Source: Octopus vulgaris (Eukaryota). Taken from it: a DNA stretch of 64,000 bases. Positions 50,841-63,229 of this stretch are shown here, piece by piece. The position numbers were made by a program, and so were the translations under genes. How positions within the stretch are numbered: position 1 is the stretch's first letter; each line of letters starts with the position of its first letter. The stretch covers positions 112,778,001 to 112,842,000 of the forward strand of contig OX597816.1 in the NCBI GenBank assembly GCA_951406725.2, written 5' to 3'. The notes beneath the pieces were generated by a model, which searched no databases, was not told where the DNA came from, and saw only the letters and a list, made by a program, of their open reading frames with translations.

Positions 50841-51334
50841 ACTGATACTTTATTTTATCAATCCCAGAGGAATGTAAAGCAAAGTTGACTTTGGTGGGAT
50901 AGCATTATAGCAAATTGCCACTAAGGTATTTGGTCAAATGCTAATGATTCTGATAATTCACCACCTCTTTACACTTTACAAAGGTTACACTTTCAAATGT
51001 AATACTTATTTATCCAGATTGTTTTGAATTAATTATACATTATCTTGTAGCTTCAAGATTTCATAGTCATGACAGCTTTTCTTTAGAATGACATCATAGG
51101 GTTGGTGTCAAAGGCTGGATCTGCCCCTAAAGGATGAAAAGCTAGGTGGGATTTGAACTCAAAATGTAAAGTTTTGGAACAAACACTGCAAAGCATTTTT
51201 TTCCAACACTAATGTTTCTGCCAGCTAGCTTTCTGCTTTAGGCCAGCAATTTTGAGGAGAGGGATCAATAAAATAAAGTACCGTTTCTTATCTGATATTG
51301 CATTTTATTGATCCTGGAAGGATGAAAGGCAAAA

Positions 51335-51905
51335 TAATAATAAATGCCCTGATGCAGTACCAGGCATTGGCTCTCATGGCTTCTGATCTTAGCTGATTGG
51401 AAGTGTTATCATATACATTGTTTCATCATGGCATAAGAGATGGGCCACAGCAAATATTCTGCTCAGTACCACAGATTTGCTTGTCAGTTGTTTGACTGAC
51501 CTCATCCAGTGGAACATGTCCCTTAGTGGCTGATGATAAGTGCCTCTCTGATCTTGAGCAGAAGCAGTGGAGGAGCATCTTAGCCATGTGTTGAGAGGAA
51601 TTCTTTGGAGTTTGGATAATTCATCTTTGGAAAAATGGGTGTTTTGCTCAACATCCTTAAACAAACCTTATTTAGGGACCTTTTGAGCATGAAGGGCTAC
51701 TTGACCTGAAGAAAATTCTAACTGGGCCCCACCTGCAAGGTCATGCACTGTTTATCTTGATATGAGATCGCTATATTGTGGCACATATGGTTGTGATGCA
51801 TGTGCCTGGTGTAACTTTATCAGACAGGTAGTCATGATGGGTATACTGGGCTTTGTGTATTTTACCCTAGTGTCACTTTGATGGCATGCGCTGTTCTCTC
51901 ACTCA
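51335..51905. repeat. Unclassified ~570-bp insertion flanked by (AAT)n, possibly LINE-derived
   Basis: Higher GC than background, sharp boundaries, and truncates a SINE-B copy. No convincing protein motif. Confidence 0.45.
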
Positions 51906-52744
51906 GTAATAATAATAATGATAATAATAATAATAATAATAATGATAATAATAATAATACTAAGAAGAAGTAGAATTGTTTTAATATACACACAAAGCCT
52001 GAAATTTGGGGGAGAAATAAGTTGATTATAGCAAGCCTAATACTTGTTAAGTATTTAATTTTCTTGACCTTAGAAGGGTAAAAGACAAAGTTGATCTCAG
52101 TAGGATTTGAACCTAGAGCATAAAGAGACAGAACTAAAGCACCAAAGCATTTTATCCAATGTTCTAAAAATTCTGCCTCTCTACTGCTCTTAAAAGGGAT
52201 AATGATGATGATAATGCGGCAGCAACATTTACTGTGTACAACTTTTGTTATGTTTAGCTACCAAAAAGAGTGATTTCAAAGCACTACTTAATATATTGTT
52301 TTGTTACACGTGCATGCGCACACGCACGCACACACACACACACACACACACATATTGAAACTTTTGCTTGACAAACAAAGAACTCCAGAATTGAGACAGT
52401 AGTGAGTAGTGAAATGTCCGCAAGGTGTTTTTGACTGAACAACTAAAAATAAAATGTTGGTGTCTACTAAGTGAAATGTAGTCTTGTAACATACACGATT
52501 TGTTTATTCCAATTACACATAATGGGGACTGTCTGTTTTAATAGGTTGAAATTTCATATTCTGACAGATAAATCAAGGAGGTCACATGATCTTTGGCAAA
52601 TGAACTATTCTGGGGGAAATCTAAACAACTTCTGAATGGTTTGAACTTATAAAAGATTTTCTTTCCTTTTTCTTTTTAATTTGAAATTGAAATTATCTTA
52701 TTTATTTATTTTAAAGCTGTTATGTTACACTCTTGCGTAAATAT

Positions 52745-53120
52745 AGGAACAGTTATGGTTGTTTGGTTAAGAAGTTCATTTCACAGCTATGTGGTTTGGG
52801 GCTCAGTCCCACTGCACAGCATCTTGGTTAAGTGTTTTCTACTATAGCTTTGAAGTAACCGATGCTTTGTAAGCTAAATTCGTTGATGGAAACTGTACAG
52901 AAGCCTATGATCAGTGTGTGTCTGTATGTGTGTGTTTCTTTGTTTCTATCTCCTGCGTCTCGACAATGATGCTGGTTGGCCAAAACAGACTAATAAAATA
53001 TGTATCAGATAAAAAAAAGAAGTACTGTGGTGGATTTGATCAACTGAAAATCATCCCTTCTAAGTGATGCTCCAGCAGGGTTACAGTTCAGTGATTGAAA
53101 CAAGTGGAAGAATGAAAGAC
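52745..53120 (+). mobile_element. SINE-A, degenerate full-length
   Basis: Aligns with 11854-12244. Confidence 0.8.
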
Positions 53121-55426
53121 TACAATGGATAATGAGTATTTGTCTATTCTTTAAGATCTTTGATGAAATTTTTAAAACTATTTAGCTGCTATTTCTAACA
53201 GGGCAAGTGACTACATTGCAACTCCCACTTAACTCCGTTAAGATGGTGATTATGTTTACATCCATATATAGTGATTATTTACAATTCTCTTTACATTTCA
53301 GAAATATTTCAAAGTTCTTTTAATATTCTATTATAGTTCTTTTCTTCTTCTTACTAACACCAATTGTTAATCATATTACATTTTTATAGTATTTGCTTTC
53401 ATAATATAAGAAATTAATTGTATCAAAATATTACTTCAAAATAGCTCTTTAATTTAATTACCTCTATATCACTTTGGCTTTGATATTACAGCATTGTCTT
53501 TGGCCATCTAGCCAATAAAAGCGGTCAATAAAAGATTAGCTTTGTAATGGCATTTACTTAAATAAACTGAACTAATTTATAAAATTTCAGAGGCTTCATA
53601 ATCAATATTAGCTTCGGATAAAAGATACAACTCATCACTTCTTACTTCAGAATTTTAGAAAAATATTTTTTGTGATTATAACTGACAAGATGGAATATTA
53701 TTTATACCCTGGTATGGACCTTTCTCAGCAGAAATACAAATGAGATTTCATTGCACAGATTAGGGGATTCATTTAAAGTTTGAAAAAGGTTAGTATTCTG
53801 TGTCAGCCCATAGGATAGAAAGATAATCTGTAAGCTGGCCATTCTTATAATGAAGAATAGAAGAACATGTAACTCAGTGAGTTGGCTGAGTCGTTAGAGC
53901 ATCACAGTATTTGCTCTTATCCTATATGTTCTAATTTCAAATCCTGCCAGAAACCTCTGATGAGGATAATGTGATTTCACTACTCAGATCTTTAAAGATT
54001 CATGTTATTCCATATGCATATGATATTATGGGACCTTATTGTATAACATACATGATTATGGCAGCAGTTATTGTCCATCTGAAATAGTTGTAAAGATAAG
54101 AGTATGACATCATTCCTTTTGTTTATTTGCTGGTGTTACCTGGCCTGGACGAAGATATTGGAGTTTTTTTGATTTATCTGAAAACTACTTGGTGACTATC
54201 CATACCATGCTTGCTTCAGTGTTTTCCAACACACTCTTTATATGCATATATATATATGTTCATATTTATTTATCTATTTATTTATTTATATAATATATAT
54301 AATCATTTAACATCCATGTTGGCATGGGGTAAATGGTTTGACAGGACCTGACAGGTTCAAGAATTGCATCATGTAGAAATGTCTGCTTTTGCATAGTTTC
54401 TACAGCCAAATGCCTTTTCTAAAAGTGACCACTTTACAGCATTTACTGGGTGCTCTTTCCATGATATCAGCACTTATCAGCTGGCAAAACTAGGGCCCCT
54501 TTTGACTGAGTGGGGCTACAGTATAAAAATAAGTGAGTGTATACTAAGAGATAAGGGGTAAAGTATGAGAGAACAAGTCAGGACAGAATATAGATGCATA
54601 CATACACATATGTATATATTCATACAAAGAGAGAAAGAAAGATGTAGTGATGCTGATTATCAATAATATGGCTGAAGAAAAATACCTCAGAGAAGAGTTC
54701 TGCATATTAATACAATGGAAGTTGGATAGCGTGTTTGAATTGTGTTGTCCAGGGATTTCTTTCCATCTATTATCAAAGATAAAAGATTTGGCTTCATCTA
54801 TAGTTTCAGCATTTAATGTTCAGAGTCTGTATGAAATGGGAGAAGAAATGAGGTGATATGGCCCTGAAGGTATATGTATTATGTTTGTAATTGCTTCGTA
54901 ACAGAAATTCAGAGACAAAGTATTAGATTAAGCTGGTTTAAATAGCTGACAGAATTCATACTTTAAACATCTCAATTCTCTAGACAAAATTCAGACAAGA
55001 GTACCTCAACTTGGTCTCTCATCTTAAGAATTCTTCTCAAATAGCATCCTACTGATTTAGGGCTTAAAGGAATTATACTTTGAATTATGTGGTTCTAAAT
55101 ACAATATGTCTGAATAGGATGGTCATAACTGGATCTATACAATAAAAGTTGATCAGAAGCTACATGTCAATAACAAATTTGTGTTAAGTTATAACCATAA
55201 CTCTAGTTGAATATATTTGTTCTATTAGATAGGTAAGTTAATATTGTAACTAAACTATATTCAAGCTACACTACATCGGTTTAATATTCCTTCATGATTT
55301 CAGTGCATTGAGTATGTCAATAACACTAGTATGTAAAGCACAGTATTTCAGCTGTTCTAGTACAGGGCAATTATGAAAAGACAGGAGCAGCTGACTCCCC
55401 TAACCTCAGTACTTGACTAGTACTTA

Positions 55427-55642
55427 TGAGGGGGTGTTGAAACGTTCCTGGCTTTAAGGGTATCACAAAAGGCCCGGTTAGAGGCCCAACCTTCCAAATT
55501 CTTTTACAAGGCTTAGAAAAACTGAAAGACCACTGCAATAAGTGGGTCAGTCTGAGAGGGAATATGTTGAATAAAATCATAATTAACTGATTCTCCTGTA
55601 TTTTCTTTTAACCAAAATCAGGAACTTTCCAGCACCCACTTA
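55427..55642 (+). mobile_element. Mariner-derived MITE, copy 3
   Basis: Reverse orientation of the 32164 copy. Plus strand reads GLEKLKDHCNKWVSLRG(E)YVE*, a mariner C-terminus. Confidence 0.88.
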
Positions 55643-58600
55643 AATGATAACAGTTTAATTTTCTGAACATTTTATAATTTAACTTCTTGCAGTAACAGAA
55701 TAACCTTTGGCTTCACTCTTTAACAGGTGATCATGTTTTCAAGTTTTGTTTAATCAGAAATATAAATAAATGTTTATTTTTCATAAATAATGACATATCA
55801 TTTATATTATTTATTGTAATAATGACATAGTATTAGTAATAATGACAATTTGGGAAATTGATTATGATAATGATGATGATGTCTAGGATATTCTGAAAGA
55901 TTTGATTGACAAACCGCATGTTATAAATTTGTCTGAAATGGAGCTGTCCAAATCCAGTCAACAAAGCAATTTCTAACTTTGACACAAGATCACAATTTTA
56001 AGAAGTGAGAAGTTGATTAATTTAGCCACAATGCTTGACTAGTGTTTTAACAACCCTGATAGATTAAAAAGTAAAGTTGGCCCCAGCATGATTTAAACTG
56101 AACTTAGCATTTCACCTTTCAATTTATTAGCAATGATAACAAAATATGTTACAATATCTTGATTGACTATGAATGATTCAAAATCAGTTTGGTGTAGTAT
56201 CTCTTGAAAATGCTGCTTAAATCTGCAATTTTCTGGAAAAAAAATTTCACAATCCTTGAAATTAAAATATATAATATAAGACATTTAGTAGAACAATACT
56301 TCACCAATAGTTATTTGTGTATTTTATCAGTGCTTCTTGTTTACAATAGGTTTCCTGTCATATCTCTCATTTCAAAAATAACATTCAACCATTGTTTAAA
56401 GCACTGTAGCAAATGATAATTCACATAATACCATTAGTTCAGATTTAAGCAATGGAGTTTACCAAAAGAAATAAAATGAAAAAGAAAAAAGAATTCCATT
56501 TTATCTCCTTTGTTTCACTTTTACTTTGTAAATTACCATTAAACAGAATAATAAATTATCATCTCTATGACAGTTTGAAAGTCAACTTAGTTTAGTTGTT
56601 TTAGAATCCTGAATTTAATCACTTGCTCTTATTGACACCTCAATATTTGTTTCTTAGGAAAAATATTTCTTTAAATGGAGAGAAAAAAGAGCAAATTTAG
56701 GGAAATTACAAAATAACTTAGTCAAAGCTTTGACAGTATTGTCAGATGCGTCTGCTAATGAAAAGCTGCTCTTTGCACTGTGTAGCCAAGAAATGAAAGG
56801 TTGACATTAGAATTTATATATTTGTTTCCACAAGTGCTAATGTTTGTGAATTTTCTCATATAACTACTGCTCATGGTTTCTTCAAAACAAAGTTTAATGC
56901 TTTCTTATTTTTTTAAATTTATTTTTCTGTTTGATAAAACTTTGAATTGTTATAGCATAAATTATCCTCTTTTCCTTTCATCCACTAAAAGGCACTTTCT
57001 GCTCTTCGTTATTGCTGACAAAAATGTTCACTAAATAAAATTTAATGCTACAGTTCTAATATTTTCTATCTTCGTTTTTTTGTATTTTAAACAATGATGA
57101 CTGGAACACATTAGCATATATTTGAGTATTTTATTATTTATGTTTTTTCCTCTAATTACAATAGATTTGCTGATTTCTATTTAAAATGGATAATTCATCT
57201 ACAAACCATTTTTTCTAGCTCACTATCAATGTAATTGGTTTATATTCAAGGATGTGGAATTTGATAGGCTCCCTGTTTGAAGTAACACCATCTTTACAAA
57301 TCTTTCAGTTATTTTCTTGAAAGCTAATCAATCAGCATACAATTAGCAGTTTAATTATTTAACAGGATAGCTTTCTGGTGTGTTTATTACAGTCCAACTT
57401 CACATTCTTTTTTTTTTTTTACATCTTCTGCACTATAATCTATTATGTCATTGTGACTCTACTGAATATGTTATTCGACTGTTAGATGAAACCTTTTCTT
57501 CACACATGTAATACTCCAAGCACACACTTAAAATTAGATGATGGAAGATGAATTACTTTTTAATGGGATACTAATTTGTGTGAAAGAAACTCAGCCCCTC
57601 AATTTTATTTTCAATCTCACTAAATTGTAAAATAAAATGCATTGCTTAAAGGTATTTATTGAAAAAATTGATTAAGCCCATAACCAGTTTCTAAATGTTC
57701 ATTCAGTCTGCATATATCAGATAAACTACTTCCTTGCATTTTGTTGTATATAAGCAGCCCTCGTGATTGGCAACAGATAGAAAATAGAATGTGTCTTAAT
57801 TCCAATTGTGCCCATTTTCCTATAAATTTCTTGTATATGTTAGTTAAGTAGTGCTAATATTCATTTAATATCTATTTATCCATACTAAATAGTGAAAGTT
57901 TTGAGCTTAGGGATGCAAATTAAGAAAATCTTCCTCTACAATACTATTGTGCTGTAACAAACTGGTAAACTTTACCTTCTTGTGATATTTATATAAGGAT
58001 TGTTTAGAATTAAATGGTTTATGGCCATCAACACAGCACAGGTGATGGGTTACAAACTAAAACACTTTGCTTAATAAGGTTTAGCCATCTGTGATCTCCA
58101 TATGTAATTAGGTTTCTTAACAGCTTGTTCAACTGCAACTTCCAGATGTGTCTGGATTGCTTTATAATCTATTATATTATTGGATTTCATTCAGTTTGGA
58201 TTTCACTAGATCTATCACCATCACATCATTATAATTATTATAGTTTCATAAAATTTGGCTGACTGTAATCTCCAGATGTATTTAGATTACTTGACAAAAA
58301 ATGGTAAACTGTGAACTTCAAACATAATTAGTTTGCCCATCTCTATGTCCCAGACATAACAAAATACGAAATTACTTAGAACTATATTTTAATAGTGTTT
58401 TAATTATGATTACATATTTTAAAGTTATATGAGCTATTTGACTTAGTGTATCTTTGACAGAAGAAGCAATTAATCCTAGCATAATGAATAAGCTGTTCTT
58501 CCTTAAGAATCCTTATATTTAAAGAGTTTGAATATTCTATAAGACATCATTGAATTATGTAACAAATTTCAGACTACATATTTTTTTTATCAGGTTCACT

Positions 58601-58917
58601 TGTATTAAATTGTCTTTTTCATTTTTGGTGTGTGTGTGTATCGGCGAGGGTACATTAAGATAATAGTGGCTATGTAGCCAGGAAATGTTAAAAGAGTAGT
58701 GTTATTGGGTTCTTAAATGTTGGTTTCTTGCCTTATTTTTCTTTTTAGCTCTGTTTGCATGGTTTTAAATAAATTATATCAATCTTCCACAGAAATAGAA
58801 ATCAATCTACTGCTGGTTAAAAAAAAATCTTCCCAGATATTTTGAATCTTATTCCAGACAACTTGTGTCAACTGTAATATGTACAACAGAGTGCTCTTCC
58901 CATTTTCACATGATGAC

Positions 58918-59076
58918 TTGGCATGGTTGTATGGTTAAGAAGCTTACTTCCCAACTACATGGTTTGGAGTTCCATTCCACTGCATGACAGATTGGTCAAG
59001 TGCCTTCTACTATGGCCCCAGTCTGACCAAAGACTTGTAAGTTGAACCAGTAGATGGAAACTGAAATAAACCCACC
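58918..59076 (+). mobile_element. SINE-A head
   Basis: Aligns with the head of the 11854 copy. Confidence 0.8.
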
Positions 59077-59107
59077 ATATATGTATATATATATAGAGAG
59101 AGAGAGA

Positions 59108-59445
59108 GGCGTGAAGGCACGTGGCTCAGTGGTTAGAGCGTTGAGCTTACAATCGTGAGATTGTAAGCTTGAATCCCGGACAGGGCTGCATGTTGTGTTC
59201 TTGAGCAAGACACTTTATTTCACGTTGCTCCAGTTCACTCAGCTGTAGAAATGAGGTGTGATGTCACAGGTGCCAAGCTGCATCGGCCCTTGCCTTTCCC
59301 TTGGATAACACTGGTAACTTGGAGAGAGGAGGCCGGTATGCATGGACGACTGCTGGTCTTCCATAAAACAACCTTGCCCAGACTTGTGCCTCAGAGGGTA
59401 ACTTTCTAGGTGCAAGCCCATGGTCAGTGTCTGACCGAAGGGGGT

Positions 59446-59446
<1 letters not shown>
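59108..59446 (+). mobile_element. SINE-C, full-length
   Basis: A-box TGGCTCAGTGG and B-box-like GCTTGAATCCC. Homologues at 42803 and 62922. Confidence 0.9.
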
Positions 59447-59481
<35 letters not shown>

Positions 59482-59483
59482 GA

Positions 59484-59629
59484 GGCACAGGAGTGGCTGT
59501 GTGGTAAGAAGCTTGCTTCCCAACCACATGGCTCTGGGTTAAGTCCTACTGCATTGCACTACTATAGCCTCAGGCCAACCAAAGCCTTGTGTGTGGATTT
59601 GGTTGACAGAAACTGAAAGAAGCCCATCG

Positions 59630-59662
<33 letters not shown>

Positions 59663-59907
59663 CTTTGTCTATATATATGTGTATGTATGTCTTTGTGTGT
59701 ATGTTTGTTCCCTCCACCATTGCTTGACAACCAATGTTGGTGTGTTTACGTTCCCATAACATAGCAGTTCAGCAAAAGAGATTGATAGAATAAGTTCTAG
59801 GCTTACAAAGAATAAGACCTGGGGGTCGCTTTTTTTTTTTTTTTTTGGCTAAAGGTAGAGATCCAGCTTGGCCGCATTCAAATAACGGACACAAGTAAAG
59901 AATAAAA
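59484..59907 (+). mobile_element. SINE-A, full-length
   Basis: Aligns with 11854-12244. Confidence 0.9.
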
Positions 59908-59909
59908 AC

Positions 59910-59955
<46 letters not shown>

Positions 59956-59999
59956 TTGAATGTGTATATTTATGTCTTTTGCCTTGACATAACATGATA

Positions 60000-60618
60000 G
60001 TTGTATAGTTGTAAATAAGTGTTACTTGCCCTGTGCCAGTGGCACATACAAAGCACCATTCAAGGTGCCATCTGACTGGGACCTGTGCTGGTAGTATGTA
60101 AAAAGCAACATTTGAGTGTTGGGCCTCTTGGACGCAGTGACAGGTGACCAAAACCTTTGGTGATATACCGTGCTTGTGTAGACCTGTCAAACCAAGTGAG
60201 ACCATAATCATTGCTGGCGCCAGTGTCAGGTCAATGGCACACATGTTGGCAGCACATAAAAAACATTCACTACACTCTCGGAGCAGTTGGCATTAGAAAA
60301 GGGCATCCTACCATAGAAACCTTGCCAAATGAAATTGGAAACTGGTGCAGCCTCCTGGCTTACCAGTTTTCAGTCAAACTGTCCAACCCATGCCAGCATG
60401 GAAAGCAGACATTAAATGATGATGATAATGTAATACAAGCAGTGTCATTTGTTTCCAATATTCTTCAAAAATATGTCTGGTCATGGGGAAATATTATTTT
60501 GCTTGGAAATATGAGAGCTGGCAACAGGAAGGACATCTGGCCATAAAAAAATTTGCATTAATCAAATCCATCTGACTCATACAAGCATGGAAAAGTGGAC
60601 ATTCAAATGATGATGATG
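60000..60618 (+). mobile_element. Two consecutive RTE 3'-end fragments, each ending in (GAT)n
   Basis: Tails at ~60415-60428 and ~60607-60618. Confidence 0.75.
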
Positions 60619-61845
60619 CCCAAACCCATTATTTATTTCTCTCCATATGAAAGAAATGAGTATTAATAATATGTCCTCCTGTAAGGTGTTGATATGAAAT
60701 AATTGTATGGCTCTAAACCCCAGCCTTTCTAACCTAAAACATTATTATGATTATTAATTAAACAAAAAAAAAAGCATTTAAAACTATTATCAAAAAGAAA
60801 ATAATTCAACAGGTGATTTTGTTTTATTTACTCAAATTTAAAATAATTATAAAAATCATTGTTTCAAATTGTTTCTGCTCTACATTCAAAAGTAAATCAA
60901 ATTCACAGAATTTGTTTTGTATTAACATGAAATGAAAAATATTTCTCTGATTTAATTTAATATCAGTGAAATAAACATAAAGCAGTGTTAACTCCATACA
61001 AATGGAATGAGCTTTGTCTTACATATTTTTTTATATCCATTTACCTTAGATAGAACAGATTGGAAATATTGTTGTCACTGTTCTATATTTAACCTCACAT
61101 TTTTGATGCCAGCTAATTCAATAGTCAACTAGATATGAAACCTATATTATGATAGGTTAACGTAAGTAGAAATGTAGGTATAATATATTCTAACAGCACT
61201 TTTCTGTCCAAACACTACAAATCTTAGAATTTTTATAGGTATTAAATGAAAAAAAGAGAGTATTGAATAGCCTATTAATTACTTTTCAATTCCACTAATC
61301 TATATCAAATATTCAATTTATTATACAAATTAATTAAAACATCATAAAAAGTTTTAATATCCTACTTTCATGAAAAATGAAAGAAATTTACCTTAATACA
61401 TTTTTATTGATAAAATTATTTAAGAATTTGTTTAGATACTTCCATTGTTATTCTGTTTTAGTATTCATAGGGTGTTAAAGGTTGCTTTTAATATTCCTAA
61501 TTATAATCTTCTCAAAGGCTAAACTTAATTTAGATTCATTTAGGCCTTAATTACAAATCACACAGAGAACTTGGTTATTGTTCTCAATGACCATTCTAGC
61601 TTGTGTCACAACCAGCTTATTTTTCTATTATATGAACATTCTGTGTTGCTTTTAATTACTATTTCCTTTCTTACTTCAAAATTCACATTACGCATTCAGT
61701 AAATAATATTCACCCTCTATTTCTCTACTCTCCACCACCATATTGTATTTTTGATGTTTGTGAATTTTTTTGTTTCTATTGAAAAAGAATACTTTACTTG
61801 ACATAATGTTTTAAATACTTCAGTCACTCTCATTATAATTATCGT

Positions 61846-62895
61846 TAAGGTGGCAAATTGGTAGAATTGTTAGTGCGTTAAGCAAAATGCTTAGTGGCAT
61901 TTCTTTCTCTCTTTTACTCTTTTACTTGTTTCAGTCATTTGTCTGTGGCCATGCTGGAGTACTGCTTTTAGTCGAGCAAATCGACCCCCAGGACTTATTC
62001 TTTGTAAGCCTAGTACTTATTCTATAGTTCTCTTTTGCCGAACCACTAAGTTACAGGGATGTAAACACACCTGCATCGGTTGTCAAGCGATGTTGGGGGA
62101 ACAAATACAGACACACAAACATATACACACACACACACATATATATATATACATATATATGACAGGCTTCTTTCAGTTTCCGTCTACCAAATCTACTCAC
62201 AAGGCTTTGGTCGGCCCAAGGCTATAGTAGAAGACACTTGCCCAAGATGCCACGCAGTGGGACTGAACCCAGAACCATGTGGTTGGCAAGCAAGCTACTA
62301 ACCACACAGTGTCTCCTATGCCTCTGTTTACATATGGATTTCAAATCCTGTCAAGGTCATCTTTCCATTCTTTTGTCAAGGTCATCTTTCCATTCTTTTG
62401 GAGTTGATAAAATAAGTACCAGTCAAATACTGGAATCAATATAATCAATCTTGCACCTTCCACTTAAAATTGCTGGCCTTACACCAAAATTCGAATTTTT
62501 TGCTAATATTAAGGCAATGAACAAGCAGAATCATTGGTATATCAAACAAAATGTCTTTCAGATTTTTACATTCTTTGTTCAAATTTTGTCAAAGTCCGCT
62601 TTACTTTTGATCCTTTCAGGCTCAATATAATAAGCTCCAATTAAACACTGGGATCAATATAATTGACTTCACCCCCTCCCCTAAAACTGCCAGCCTTCAG
62701 CCAAATTTTGAAATCTTTATTATTATTGTTAGTAGTGAACTTAAAGAATCATTAGCATGTCAGACAAAATGCTTAGTGGTATTTCCACCTATCTTTACTT
62801 TCCTTACTTTGCCCATAATTATTTCAGGGTCAGTAAAATAAAATAGTGTTGGGGGTGCAGTGGAGTGCTGACCTTGTGCCACAATTTGACACTAT
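61846..62895 (+). mobile_element. Head-to-tail array of three SINE-B copies
   Basis: Units ~61846-62497 (split by SINE-A), 62509-62716 and 62730-62895, separated by TAT-rich tracts. Confidence 0.8.
61909..62322 (-). mobile_element. SINE-A, full-length, nested in SINE-B
   Basis: Near end-to-end reverse complement of 11854-12244. Confidence 0.92.
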
Positions 62896-62921
62896 TATTA
62901 TTAGTACTATTATTATTATTA

Positions 62922-63217
62922 TGATGGCACATGGTTCATTGGTTAGGGTGTTAGACTTACAATCATGAGGTAGTGAGTTCAGTCCTGGACCGAGCTTGTG
63001 TTCTTGATCAAAACACTAATTTCTTGTTGCTTATAGGAATGAGTTGTGATGTCACTGGTGCCAAGCTGTATCAGCCTTTGCTTTTCCCTTAGATAATGTC
63101 AGTGGCATGGAGAGTGGGGTGCTGGTATGCATGGGTGACTGCTGATCTTCCATAAACAACCTTGCCTTAATTTGTGCCTCAGAGGGGAACTTTCTAGGTG
63201 CAACCCTGCGAGGGGTC
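62922..63217 (+). mobile_element. SINE-C
   Basis: Aligns with 59108-59446. Confidence 0.85.
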
Positions 63218-63229
63218 CTTTTTTCTTTT

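Larger units (their letters stand above)
48958..52192 (-). mobile_element. Head-to-tail array of ~7 SINE-B copies with nested insertions
   Basis: Recurring aaggatgaaaggcaaagttgac…ggatttgaactcag…gcattttg/atcc…ttctgcc blocks separated by (AAT/AAC)n. Confidence 0.8.

Noticed and set aside
53945-53970. Hammerhead core GAAAC…CTGATGAG
   Set aside because: The boxes are adjacent with no room for stems I and III, and the motif lies at the end of a decayed SINE-B.
59108-59185. Functional tRNA genes at SINE heads (also at 2062 and 11854)
   Set aside because: A/B boxes are present, but there is no complete cloverleaf or acceptor stem and each continues into a multi-copy SINE body.
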